NCBI GenBank assembly: GCA_907165135.1
Contig: OU015566.1
Coordinates: forward strand, 5,704,001 to 5,768,000
Direction of reading: 5' to 3'
Length of the DNA: 64,000 bases
Source of the DNA: Oikopleura dioica
Taxonomy: Eukaryota > Animalia > Chordata
Shown in pieces: positions 63,503-64,000 of the stretch (position 1 is the first letter of the stretch; the number at the start of each line of letters is the position of its first letter). The translations under genes and the position numbers were made by a program. The notes beneath the pieces are model-generated. The model made no database searches. It was not told the origin of the DNA and saw only the letters and a program-made list of their open reading frames with translations.

Positions 63503-64000
63503 TTCCTATTTTAAATGACTGAAAATGCTCTAAGCTTCAATTTGATAGCCCACGAGCATGCCATTCTTATAAATTTCGTCAATTTTCGGCTCTAGAATCG
63601 CAACCGGAAGTGATTTTCGGAAGCATGTCAGTGTTCAATTTCTATGATCATCATAGTAGTAGTCAAATGGGAAGAAAATGGGATGAGAAAATTTCTTCCC
63701 TGCTTGATTTCGAGGCCGTTTTGTAGCTGCACGACCTCAGAAATGGGAATCAGGCTGGAAAATGGGATGAGCCTTATTTTACGCGCCTGATTTTGAGGCC
63801 GTTTTGTCGCTGCGCTTTCCTATTTTTGCCCGGATTTCTCTCTTCTTCGTTACTGAAAAAGGGCTCTAGGAAAATGATGATTTCTCGCCATAATTATGAT
63901 CGTGAGCGAGTGAAATTCAAATCCAGGGTAGTTCGGACACTGCTGAATCAGAATCCGAGAAGAAATTTAAGATTCATAATGTGGATGAGTCACAATCACC
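63503..64000 (-). repeat. Dispersed repeat, right inverted copy, running off the window end
   Basis: Reverse complement of 51280-51885; the inner ends of both copies coincide at ...CAGTCATTTAAAA.AGGAA. Confidence 0.9.

Noticed and set aside
1-64000. tRNA, rRNA or snRNA genes
   Set aside because: None recognisable by eye; tRNAscan-SE or Infernal would be needed to exclude them.

Overview
Compact, AT-rich animal genomic DNA with very short introns (about 40-80 nt), tightly packed same-strand genes and at least one GA-AG intron candidate. This is most consistent with a larvacean tunicate such as Oikopleura (an inference, not a database match). Left part (1-29.3 kb): mitochondrial RNA polymerase, three LisH + C2H2 zinc-finger paralogs, a divergent DEG/ENaC channel carrying a 3-kb foldback element in an intron and a hAT-like MITE in an exon, then SRSF10-like, an intronless frameshifted CSL/Su(H), INTS1, TIM9, PLGRKT, RBFA-like, TBC1D10 and an N-terminal-only REV3L. 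Middle (29.4-44.8 kb, minus strand): a giant fibrocystin-L/PKHD1L1-like gene that splices in frame into a Thr-rich stalk and a ZP module, ending at RKRR plus a short hydrophobic patch with no transmembrane helix. Right part (45-64 kb): a divergent kinase, a papain-like peptidase, a CatSper pore fragment, a type II C-type lectin, and a region of more than 12 kb bracketed by inverted copies of a 600-bp repeat. That region holds a captured INTS1 fragment, a spliced DDD-type transposase with a Ulp1-like protease, a Zn-finger gene, a higher-order satellite and nested MITEs. All protein identities come from motif recognition by eye; no searches were run.
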